Source of the DNA: Octopus bimaculoides
Lineage: Eukaryota
Direction of reading: 5' to 3'
Assembly: GCF_001194135.2 (NCBI RefSeq)
Contig: NC_068985.1
Coordinates: forward strand, 30,894,314 to 30,958,313
Length of the DNA: 64,000 bases
The position numbers and the translations under genes were made by a program. This document shows, piece by piece, positions 1 through 11,496 of this stretch (position 1 is its first letter; every line of letters starts with the position of its first letter). A model generated the notes under the pieces. The model saw nothing but the letters and a program-made list of their open reading frames with translations, was not told the origin of the DNA and searched no databases.

Positions 1-249
1 TTTGGTGAGCCATGGTGCAACCAACAACATGGTAAAAATCCCTGTCATTAATTTGGTGTGGAAGGGTAATATCAAATAATTCGATCACAACATATATTTA
101 AATTAAACATGAAAAAAATTGAAATATTATCATCACTTACATGGAAAAATTGAAATATTATCTTTCAGTATTTTATAAAGTAAAATCTTAAATTATTAGT
201 TGACACATTATTAATTATCTTATAACAGCAATGCCTGTAAAAATCATGG

Positions 250-769
250 ATTACATGGAAAAATGCAAGCATGAAAAGTAATATTCTTAAGACTATAAAC
301 CTGGAAAAGTACAGGACAAGTTATTACACCTGTAAAAGTATAGGACAAGCTATTACTTCTAGTAAAGTAAAGAATAAGAAACTTTTTAGTTAAAATATTG
401 CAGCTAAAATTAAAATTTGAATATTAAAAATTATTTTATTATAGTTTACAAATAACACTATACTTATTTAAATACAATTTGGCTAATTTACTACCTTAAA
501 TACAGAAAAAAGTGACTAATTAGACAAACTTACAAATTAGGCGAACAGTTTTGTACAATAAATTTAAAAGATGAGAACTGTAAAGAGTGATAAATTAGAA
601 GAACTGGCATTCTTTGCCGCAATATTTTAAGTAAAAAGTTTCTTATTCTTTACTTTACTAGAACTAATAGCTTGTTCTATACTTTTACAGGTGTAATAAC
701 TTGTCCTGTACTTTTCCAGGTTTATAATCTTAAGAATATGACTTTTGTGCTTGCATTTTTCCATGTAAT
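250..769. mobile_element. Foldback MITE with about 150-bp terminal inverted repeats
   Basis: 250-401 is the reverse complement of 619-769 with about 10 mismatches. TA flanks CATGGAAAAATGC...GCATTTTTCCATG at both ends. Confidence 0.75.
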
Positions 770-1685
770 AACATCTAGATTACCTCCAATTACAGTACAT
801 CAGGAAAGAATACTATAGATAATGTTGTTCTCCATATCCCTAAAAGAAAGTGATGGTTGCAGCTGAAATATTTATAACCAAATGTCTGCTCAAGCAAGGT
901 TTCATATAAAGAGCCAAGGTGAATTTTGCTATCATGTTGGCTTGACTGGAATCTGACTATTCACTTCCTTTCTTTCTATTTTTATAAGGTTGAAAAAAAA
1001 AATCATTTTGTTTCTACTATTGAAATGCTTGTCATAGCACTCAGAACTTGAATGCATCGGCCCCTGCATGTAAGTCTTAGGAAAAAGATTTGGCAACTGT
1101 ATTCAATTATTTGAATGATATAAGTTGAGAGGATTCAACAAGAAAAGTAGCATTCATATAACATGTCAATTGAAAAAATGTTGCCTGACAACTAGAAAAG
1201 CCTTTCTGTTTAAACAGTAGTCATTGGTAGATGTTATGTAGTATTGTAGGAATTTATGTCAGGATTAGAATAACATGGCAGTATATGAATTAGGAGTTGT
1301 TGACAGGTTCAAGTACATAATGCAGTTGACTGTAGTGCAGTATGGTTATTTAGACAAAGATCGGCTCTAACTAAGCCAATGGTATTGCTGTTGTCATCAT
1401 CCTGTCTTTTATTCAGACATAATGTATCTAGACTAAATATACTTTCAGCTTTAAGACAGAATGATATAATTTGAGAGAGATTTGACTGCTATTTCTACCA
1501 GGTCAAACAATTATAGAGAAGTTCTTTCATTACGTTGTAGTTATAATACATGGTCAAGTCTTGTTTGATAAAAGTGATTTTGTCAACGGCAGATTTGAGT
1601 GTCACATAATATGTAAGAGTCAGTGACCAGGTACAGTACAAGTATTGTGTCAGTTATAGATTGAATATATTATGGTAGAAAAATA

Positions 1686-1895
1686 TTGGTTTCAAATTTT
1701 AGCACAAGGCCAGCAATTTCAGTGGAGAGGGTAAATCAATTATAATGGCCCTAGTGTTCAACTGCTACTTATTGACCCTAAAAGGATGAAAGGCAAAGTC
1801 AACCTCAGTGGAATTTGAACTCAGAATGTAAAGACAGACAAAATGTTACTAAGCATTTTGCTCATCCAGCTATTAATTCTGCCAGCTCTTTGCTT
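1686..1895 (-). mobile_element. tRNA-derived SINE with Deu/Nin-like core (further copies at about 7381-7596, 35226-35370, 35589-35727, 38925-39143, 50272-50475)
   Basis: The reverse strand carries GACTTTGCCTTTCATCCTTT.GGGTC.ATAA...AGT, resembling the Nin/Deu domain as recalled. Multiple dispersed copies. Confidence 0.7.
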
Positions 1896-2524
1896 TATAG
1901 TTTAAAAAAATATTAATGACATTATTACATTGATGAAAGAAAAATGTTAGAAACCATGCCAAAGAAGACAGTAGAGCTTGGCGCAATCCTCTAGCTTGCC
2001 AGCTCCTGTCAAACCATCCAACCCATGCCAGCATAGAATATGGATGTTAATAGTAGTAGTAGTAGTAGTAGTTAATAATGATGATGGATATATGTATATA
2101 TATATAGTGTGTGCTTACATAGGTCAGACAGGAATCGTTGAGGTAGATTTTCTATAGCTGGATGCTTTTTTTGTTACCATCTCTGACCTGTTTCCAGGCA
2201 AGGTAGTATTTCCCCTTAGTTTGACTTGGGTATGTCCTTGCAAAAGATTGCAAACAGAATTGCACCACCTGCATGATGCTAATGTTTGTTCGCAATTAGT
2301 GTGCAATATCAAGAGAAAGAGACAAATGCATGGCTGCTCATATGCACACAGACACACATGCACATGATGGGTTTCTTTCAGTTCCTGTCTAAATTCACAA
2401 TCAAAGCTTTCTGTTTGCATGGGGTTATAGTAGAAAGCACTTACATGAGGTGCCATACAGAGGAATTGAACCCAGAACCCTGTGGCTGCAATACAAACTT
2501 CTTAGCCACATCACTATGCCTGTA

Positions 2525-2960
2525 CCTATACATGCATGTATGATTGTATGGTTCAAAACTTTGCTTCCCAGCTATATGGTTTTCTAAGTATTTGGTTTTG
2601 AGTTCAGTCCCACTGTGTAGCACCGAGCAAGTGTGTTTTACTACAGCCGAAACCAATCAATGCTTTGTGAGTGGATATGGTCGTTGGAAACTGAAAGAAG
2701 CCTGTCATATGTAAGCACACACATGCATCTGTGTGTGTGTGTCTCCTTGTTTTGACATCACATGATAGTTGTAAAACAAGTGTTATAATCACAGAAGTGA
2801 TGTCCTTCATTTCCAATCTTCCAAGAAAACATTACTATGTGGAAATAAGACCTTACTTGGAAAGAGGTAAGAGTTGACAACTGGAAGGGTATCCATTCAT
2901 AGCCTCAGAAAATTCCATGTGATTCATGCAAACATGGAAAAGTTAATATTAAAATGATGA
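2525..2960 (+). mobile_element. Octopus-type tRNA-derived SINE with RTE-like 3' tail (related copies at about 2125-2520 -, 8300-8690 +, 26000-26606 +, 44190-44480 +, 59370-59760 -)
   Basis: Head with GTTCAGTCCCACTG/GGCACCTTGGGCAAGTGTCTT-type motifs; tail ...CATGGAAAA..GTTAAAATGATGAT; boundaries approximate. Confidence 0.6.
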
Positions 2961-3012
2961 TATATGCACACACACACACACACACACAATGCATGCATGC
3001 ATGCACACATAC

Positions 3013-3015
3013 AGG

Positions 3016-3060
<45 letters not shown>
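3013..3060. repeat. (GATA)n microsatellite, preceded by a (CA)n tract at about 2966-2988
   Basis: Direct inspection. Confidence 0.9.
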
Positions 3061-3063
<3 letters not shown>

Positions 3064-4683
3064 TTGATTCCTGTAGGCATCGAATTTAAGTGTTTACATT
3101 AAGTAAGGAAGTATATCAAGACATTATTTAAGTAGTATTTATATATTGAATGAATTACGACAGTTGCCTCAAGTGCTTATGTTTACTGATAGGAAATAAA
3201 ATTGTACTAGAAAACCTCTTGACAGATCTCTCTAGATAACAGGCTGTGGAAGTTAAAGATATATGGCTTTATGTCTGACACTCCTTCATTTCCCTCCATT
3301 TTTGTCTTGTCTCTTATTTTTTATTATTTTTTTGTTTTGTGTATTCTTTGTCTGTTGTTTCATATATCATCTTATCACCATCGTTCTCTCTTTCTATCAT
3401 GGTTAATCTTTTTGCTTCTACTAGTCTCCTTCTCTCACAATCTTTTATAACACATGCAGTCTCACTCTTTATTTCCCTCTCTCTTACATAAATTCCTTCA
3501 TGAGCTACAACACAACCCTCAGGCTCATTGATAATGTCAGAATATTGCAATATGAATTTATAATCTGAGTTACCTTACTGTTACACAGACATTTTCATTG
3601 CATAGCAAAGAGTGTAGGAAATTTGTAAGAAATCAATATTATACAAAAGACCAATAATTTAGGTTTCTAATATCCAGCTGTTGGTTTTATCCTACTGGTT
3701 GGTTTGTTTGGATAATAATGATGGTTATTTAAGTCCTTTACATAATTATTTACATGTATTCTCTCATTTGAGCACAAATCCAAACATGTAGTAGAGGTCA
3801 GGGGAATTTTAATACCACCACCTAACCTTAATGCTTTGATATATACACATTTAAAATCTTCTGTTCAATATATACACACATATATATATATACTCAGTAA
3901 ATTGTAAATCCGAAAGAGACGCATACTCTAAGTTGTAGAGTATATAGATAAAGATAGATATGGCTCCTCTATGGCCAAGACCGGCCATATCTATCTTTAT
4001 AGTTATACACACACTCACACACACACACACACACACACAAATCAAAATAAGCAACAAGGATATCCAAAGTTAATGCAGTACGATCGTTTCCTGCGACTCC
4101 ATTTATTTAAGCAATGTGAACATTACATCAAATGTAAAATGCATACACACACACACACACATACAGACAAACATAAATATATATTCTTTTATTCGTTTCA
4201 GTCATCGACCCCAGAATTTATTCTTTGTAAGACTAGTACTTATTCTATCAGGCTCTTTTGCTGAACCACTAAGTTACGGGGGCGTAAACACATCATGTTG
4301 TCAAGCAATGGTGGGGGTACAAACACATATACATGCATATATCGCCAAACAGAGAAAACCAGAAGATGTTTTTTTTTCTACCTAACACACATCTAAACCT
4401 CTTTTTTCAGCGCAGATCATAATTATCTTATTATTTCATTTCATTATTCTATTTCATTATGTGCCTATGTAAACACAGTTTCGTCTTCCACACTTTATGT
4501 TTAGAGAAAAAACAAAACAAACTTTAGATCCCTTCCCTCAATCCAACTCTCCCTCTTTCTCCCTCTCTTTCTTACTCATTTATTATTGTCATTTATTCAT
4601 TCATTTATCTAATTTTGTCACAGCTTGGCTGACTGAAAACTCTTGGTTATAGCTCTAGTTAAGAATGCAAATGCCCAATTCTA

Positions 4684-6209
4684 TCTTATTCATCATAGTC
4701 CTCCAGGCAATAATAGAGGAATTCAAAACAGGATGCCCCTGGGAGCTTCTCTATGCTGATGACTTTGCTCTAATAGCTGAATTACTATCAGAAGTAGAGA
4801 AGTTTCAGGTGTGGAAGCAAGGTCTAGAATCGAAGGGCACGATAGTCAATCTAGCAAAAAACAAAATCTTAATAAGTAGGAAGGCAGATAAATCACAAAT
4901 TCCTTTAGGTAGATGGCCCTGCTCAATCTGTAGAAAAGTTGTAGGTAGAAACTCCATAAGATGTGCCTGGTGTAAACTATGGACACATAAGAGGTGCAGC
5001 AATATCAAAGGAAGGCTAAGTAGCAAGATAGTTTTTGTATGAGGGAAATGCTCAGGGGCAATAAACACTGAAAATGTGCAGAAAACAGCTTCTGTCACAT
5101 TCCAGGGGTAAAAACTAGAAACAGTTGATAACTTCTGTTACCTAGGTGACCAAGTCAGTAGCGGTGGGTGGATGCTCTGAGAGTGTAGCTGCTAGAATAA
5201 GAATATTCTGGGTAAAGTTCAGAGAGCTCCTACTTCTGCTGGTGACAAAGGGCCTCTCGCTCAGAGTAAAAGGCAGACTGTATGACACATGTGTACAAAC
5301 ATCCATGCTACATGGCAGTGAAACATGGGCCGTGACTGCTGAGGACATGCATAACCTTGCAAAGAATGAATCTAGTATGCTCCGCTGGATGTGCAATGTC
5401 AGTGTGCATACACGCCAGAGTGTAAGCACCCTGAGAGAAAAGTTAGGCATAAGAAGCATCGGATGTGGTGTGCAAGAGAGACAATTGTGCTGGTATGGTC
5501 ATGTGTTGCGTATGGATAAGAACAGCTGTGTGAAAAAGTGTCACACCCTAGCAGTAGAGGGAATCTGTGGAAGAGGTAGACCCAGGAAGACCTGGGATGA
5601 GGTGGTGAAGCACGACCTTCAAATGTTGGGCCTCACCAAGGCAATGACAAGTGACTGAGATCTTTGGAGATATGATATGCTTGAGAAGACCCAGCAAGCC
5701 AAGTGAGACCATAACCATGGCAGATGCCAGTGCAGCATAACCAGCCCATTTAAGAGTACCCTTCAATCATTGAGCAATAAACTGCACTTGGAAAGACCTG
5801 TTGAGGCAAGTGAAGTTGTTGCCGTGGCCGATGACAGTACCGCCTGATTGTCACCCTTGCTGGTGGCATGTAAAAAGCACCATTCGAGCATGGTCGATGC
5901 CAGTGCCAGCTGACTGGTCCCTTGCAGGTTGCACGTAAGAAGCACCATTCGAGCGTAGTCGTTGCCAGTGCCGCCTGTTCCGCTCCCATGCTGGTGGCAC
6001 GTAAAAAGCACCATTCAAGCGTGGTCGATGCCAGTACTGCCTAACTGACCCTTGTGCCAGTGGAACATAGAAAGCACCCACTACACTCTCGGAGTGGTTG
6101 GCGTAAGGAAGGGCATCCAGCTGTAGAAACTTTGCCAGATCAGATTGGAGCCTTGAGCAGCCTTCTGGCTTGCCAGCCCTCAGTCAAACTGTCCAACCTA
6201 TGGCAGCAT
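4684..6209 (+). mobile_element. RTE-clade non-LTR retrotransposon, 5'-truncated (RT C-half, C-terminal domain, repeat-containing 3' UTR)
   Basis: [36 protein letters not shown] and RGRPRKTW motifs; several stops and frameshifts. Confidence 0.92.
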
Positions 6210-6307
6210 TTGGTTGGCCTGAGGCTATAGTAAAAGACGCCCAAGATACCACGCAGTGGGATTGAACCTGGAACCATGTGGTTGGTAAACATCATTCAAG
6301 CGTGTAT

Positions 6308-6885
6308 GTCATCATCATCAACCTCCAGTGTTTTAGATCTAGGTTTTGTCCCCGTTAACAGGAGTGGCCGGATCTACCTCAGTGCCATAGCAACTGCCCT
6401 CACACTGTCTCGCCATCTTGCCCAGTTTTGGGCGTTCTCCCTTCTCAAGCCAACCCTCCCAATCTCCTCCTCCACATGTCCATTCTATGTTTTCCTCAGT
6501 CTATCATGATTTCATGGTCCATTTACCTCAAACTCAAGCACCTTCCTCAGAACATGTTCCTCATCCTTCCTCAAAACATGTCCATACCACTGCACTCCAT
6601 TCGCCCTTGTCAGCCATTCCACCGATTCCCCCAACCCCAGCATTCCCATCAAGTCTTCAGCCCACCTCTTATCAAACAGTTTCCCTCCATACATTTCTCT
6701 CTTGGTCCATCTCAAAATTGCCATCTCTGCCCCCCACAAACACCATGTCTCATTCCCATACAGCATTGCAGCCCCCACACAACCCCCATAGACCTACCCT
6801 TTCATCTCCAAAGAAAACCTTTTCCCATATAACAACACCCCACGCTTCCTGAACTTAACCCAGACAAGTCTCACTCTTGCTGAAC
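6308..6885 (-). mobile_element. Second, divergent RTE-like LINE 3' fragment
   Basis: SARVRLVWVKFR, MLYGNETW and WYGHVLRKDEEHVLRKVLEFEV; (GAT)n tail at about 6308-6320; sequence differs from the 4684 family. Confidence 0.8.
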
Positions 6886-6931
6886 ACACACACACACGCA
6901 CGCACGCACGCACGCCATCGCACACGCACGC

Positions 6932-6971
<40 letters not shown>

Positions 6972-6983
6972 GCACACACACAC
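6885..6983. repeat. Compound (CA)n/(CGCA)n microsatellite
   Basis: Direct inspection. Confidence 0.9.
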
Positions 6984-9900
6984 TTGTATGTATAATCATT
7001 TTGTGTCTATTGTCTATGCTGACATGGGTTGGATAGGACTGTGATTCTGTTCTTTAATCTCCACTTTAGACAGTTGAAAACCACATTTTTGTCATGATTT
7101 CTCTGGCTGGATGCCTTTCCTTACAGAGTGTTCTAGGTGCTTTGTATTGTACCACTAACACTACAAAGGTTTTTTAGTCTTCAGCAAGACTGAAGTGTTC
7201 TTTCTATTCTACATTTCCATCATTCACTAACCAATTTACAGAATATAGAGCAGTTGCCATCTCCCCAGCAAGAGTAAGAACTCCTCTCTGCTGTACATTG
7301 TCTACCTTCATTCAAGACAACATAACCAAGTGTAGGTGATAGAGGAGGTATTAGTGGAGAAAACACACACAGACATATTTAATATTCCTTTCTACTGTAG
7401 GCACAAGGCCTGAAATTTTGGCAGAGGGGACAAGTCAATTACATCAACCTGTGTTTGACTGGTACTTATTTTATCAATCCTGAAAGGATGAAAGGCAAAG
7501 TCAACCCCAGTGGAATGTGAACTCAGAATGTTAAGATGGATAAAATACTACTAAGCATACTGCTCAGCATGCTAACAGTTCTGCCAGCTTGCTGCCTTAA
7601 ACTTATGTAATATTGAAGGCATGACTGCATTCAAATTGAATGTTTATTAAGATTTTTCCTTATTTATTAAAGATATTTCCTTATAAGTCCTTTTATGTTT
7701 AATATGGAACAGTAATGTTCCTAATTCCATTACCATTTTAAGACCTTTTCAACTTTCTAAATGAAATAATAATAGAGGTACTCAGTAGGAGTGTTATGTA
7801 GGTGGCAGCTAAAGGATTATAGAAGTGGTAATGTAATCAAGATTTAAAATTTACTGTAAACTTCTGATTACTATATACTATATCTGTATATTGATTTTTA
7901 GTTTGTATTTTGCTATTAATAAAGTTTCTATAGTTAATTTTTTAGCTTTTGTGAAATTCTTGATAGATTAGGAGTGTTATCAATTAATGCTTTTCTATTT
8001 TGTTTTGATATTTTGTATTATAATGTACTATAGTGGCTCTTTTTTGCAAATGCATGGTCAGCTGGTGTGAAAGTTTTGTACTTGCGTGTTCACTATAACA
8101 GTTTGAGTCTTGAAGTTTACAATTTCCTTGCTTACACTGAAACATATATTAGTTGCTGAAGTACATTTTGTCGTGAAGGTTTGTAGTTTCATGTAGATGA
8201 GAAGGATTTTACTTTTGTTTGTTTTTATAAACTTTTGGTTCAAATTGTTACATTAGATGCATAAATACAACACCTTTCCTATTGGCTGTCCCTGCATTTG
8301 CAACAAGTGGCCATTACAGCTATGTAGTTAAGAAGTTTTGCTTCTAAGCCACTTGGTTTCAGGTTCAGACCCACTTCATGGCACTTGGGACAAGTGTCTT
8401 CTACTATAGTCCTGGGCTGAGCAGAACCTTGTGAGTTGATTTGGTAGATGGAAACTGATAGAAACCCATCATGTGTTTGTTTGCATCTCCTTGTCTTGAC
8501 ATTGCACAAATGTGGTAAATAAGTGTTACTATCATACAAATAGTGTCATTCATTTCCAATATTCCATGAAAACATATCTAGCCAGGGGAAATATTATCTT
8601 ACTTTTTAGCTGGTGAGGGTTAACAACAGAAAGGGTATTTACCTTAATAGACTCTGTCTAACCCATGAAAGAGTGGATGTTATAATAACAATATGTGTGT
8701 GTGTATTTTTCACATGTTTTCCATACTGGCTCTTCCCCAGTTTATAATCCTAATCCTGTTTTAACCATATCCTTTTGGCTCACTATATCAATTTTACTAT
8801 AACTTGCTCAGTTTTGTTACACATGAATTTGGTGTCCACTTCAGTTTTAACTGTGGACTTCTTGAACTTTTGTATGTTAATCTGGTCTTTGCATAGAGTC
8901 AGGGTTGTAATCCACAAGGCATAGCTAAGATTGAAAATTATCCTGTGGTGTCTAAGGATATTTTCATATAGTAAACATCAAAGAAAAATTTTCATGGGTC
9001 TTTTAAAATTGGAAGTAAGTTCAAGAACAAAATGAGTTCAAAAAAGAAAGAAAGACTAAGTATGTGTCACTTCCATGATTGTTCACAAGGAGGTTATATT
9101 TAAATTTCAATAAAAGTTTAATGAGAAAAATCAGTATAAGTAGGATAGTCAAGTGATTTATAAGAAGTGTTTTATTATTCCTGTCAAACTGATAATATAA
9201 CTCATATTTAAAGTGTTTAGACAAATGCTATTAGCAACGTAAGTAAAGTAGCTGGCTGTGGGTAGAAAATTTGTGTATATAAATTTCCATCACAAAGAAG
9301 TTTAACTCTTTAGCATTTCAACTGGTCACATGTGGCCCAAATATTGATTCTGTGTTTAAAGTGGCCAAATCTGGCCTCCCACATCTACAATGTCATTCTA
9401 AAAATAAGCAGTCACATCATAGCTGTTTCAAGGCTACAAGATAATGCATTATTAATTAAAAAGAATGCAAATAAGCATTACATTTAACAATCGGAATGTT
9501 AACCCTTTTAATCTTAATCCTTTTGATATCAATCCACCTGATTCTACTTCTAGATCTATGATGCCAAGTCTCCCATTAAAAATGTTCATATCTAAATTAA
9601 AACCTTCTCTCATTTTCTTGAAGAACACCTCTCAGTTGCATTCTGAATATCAATTAATAAAGTTAATTTGCAAAATTCCTACAAATTTGTCATTATTTTC
9701 AAAATGAACTGAAATGCCTAGGCATTGTATTTCATTAGAAATATTCTCATGAAAGTATTAAGATATTCTACTGAGTCTCAAGTATTATGATCTGCATCAC
9801 CATCATTATCATTGATTTAAAATCTACTTTTCCCTGCTAGCATGGGTGAGACAAATCTTATTGAGGTAGGTTTCTCTATGACTGGATACCCTTTCTGTTA

Positions 9901-10105
9901 CCAACTCTCACCTATTTCCAAGCAAAGTAATAACTTCCTTAGTCCTCTGAACAATAAACAGCTCAGTGTCTGACCATATTATAACAGAAGATATATATTA
10001 TAACAGAAGAAAATATATACTGTTTGCATGAATATGGTGACTGTTTACAATTAGAGTGTGCATGTCAAAGATAGACATATATGTATATATATGTGCATAT
10101 GTGTA

Positions 10106-10348
10106 TTACTCTTTTACTTGTTTCAGCCATTTGACTGTGGCCATGCTGGAGCACCGCCTTTAGTCAAGCAAATCGACCCCAGGACTTATTCTTTGTATGC
10201 CTAGTACTTATTCTATCGGTCTCTTTTGCCAAACCGCTAAGTTACGGAGACATAAACACACCAGCATCAGTTGTCAAGTGATGCTGAGGGAACAAACGCA
10301 GACACACAAACACACACACAAACACACACACACACACACACACACACA
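10106..10348 (-). mobile_element. Octopus-type SINE 3' half (tail GTCAAATGGCTGAAACAAGTAAAAGAGTA); related copies at about 4180-4345, 29040-29313, 54976-55190, 58895-59120
   Basis: Shared ATAGAATAAGTACTAGGC..ACAAAGAATAAGTCCTGGGGTCGAT block in several copies; runs into (CA)n and a gap. Confidence 0.75.
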
Positions 10349-10692
10349 NNNNNNNNNNNNNNNNNNNNNNNNNNNNNNNNNNNNNNNNNNNNNNNNNNNN
10401 NNNNNNNNNNNNNNNNNNNNNNNNNNNNNNNNNNNNNNNNNNNNNNNNNNNNNNNNNNNNNNNNNNNNNNNNNNNNNNNNNNNNNNNNNNNNNNNNNNNN
10501 NNNNNNNNNNNNNNNNNNNNNNNNNNNNNNNNNNNNNNNNNNNNNNNNNNNNNNNNNNNNNNNNNNNNNNNNNNNNNNNNNNNNNNNNNNNNNNNNNNNN
10601 NNNNNNNNNNNNNNNNNNNNNNNNNNNNNNNNNNNNNNNNNNNNNNNNNNNNNNNNNNNNNNNNNNNNNNNNNNNNNNNNNNNNNNNNNNNN
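10349..10692. other. Assembly gap (344 N) between (CA)n tracts; other gaps at 26287-26296, 29314-29661, 40543-40588, 41975-41984
   Basis: Runs of N. Confidence 0.99.
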
Positions 10693-10738
<46 letters not shown>

Positions 10739-11394
10739 GAGGATATTATTATTTATAATAATATCAGTGGTTTAGCAGATGTAAAAAAACTTATAACAGT
10801 ATAAAATTTCAATTGATAATTAAGGGTACTAGTAAGCAGTACCATGCTGACATAGAAGTCAAACTGACGAAACCAAAAGTTATCACTAAACACAAAGGTG
10901 AAATTGGGCAAACAAATAAAGACCCTAAGAACCCCATCCCAATTACCAAAAAAATTGAAAGCCAGACATACCCAAATCACTGTGATCTTAGTATCTCTGG
11001 TTTTCAATTTTTGATTTTTTTTTTTTTTTTTCATTATTGGGATGGGGTTTTTGAATTGTAAAAGATTGGTAAAGATTGCCTAGGATCCTGATGAATAGAG
11101 AATATATCTTAGAAAAGGATAACCAGTACTAATAAATTCTCGGTCTTTATATGTTATTCAGGTCATCTGAAATGAGTCAGATGGATTACATTTTAATTTC
11201 CCATAATATCTCTCTTCATTATTACTTATAGTCATTGTAAGACTATATAAGTTATTGCATTTAGCAAGTTGTTATAGTTTCTAAAGCTTTATGTATGTTT
11301 TTACTGTATGTTAATTAACAAAGGAAATGTTATTCATTGACTATTTGCTGTTTGATTTGGATTCATGAAATTTCTATATCTTTGTTAATTTCAG

Positions 11395-11496
11395 CGTTAT
11401 TTTGGATCATCTCATCCTTTTCATCTCCAATTATGGGTTTCTCGCAATGGTGGTGAATTCAGACTGGCCCAGTTCTGGCCTCAAATGAACAATATG
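11395..11496 (+). CDS. SORL1: Exon 1 in window, VPS10 ([34 protein letters not shown])
   Basis: tcAG/GTaagt, phase 0-0, 102 nt; QLWVS...AQF motif. Confidence 0.88.

Noticed and set aside
3314-3550. Charged-looking 78-aa minus-strand ORF
   Set aside because: It is the antisense reading of a pyrimidine-rich intronic tract; no recognisable domain or partner exons.
6418-6852. Pro/Ser/His-rich plus-strand ORFs
   Set aside because: Antisense frames of the minus-strand RTE fragment.
10197-10804. Long ORFs in the track spanning 10349-10692, and similarly 29146-29823
   Set aside because: They consist of N runs and CA/TA microsatellites, so they are not real coding sequence.
10813-11061. 82-aa plus-strand ORF as an upstream SORL1 exon
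   Set aside because: No VPS10 similarity, it runs through poly-T and a hairpin, and it has no suitable splice sites.
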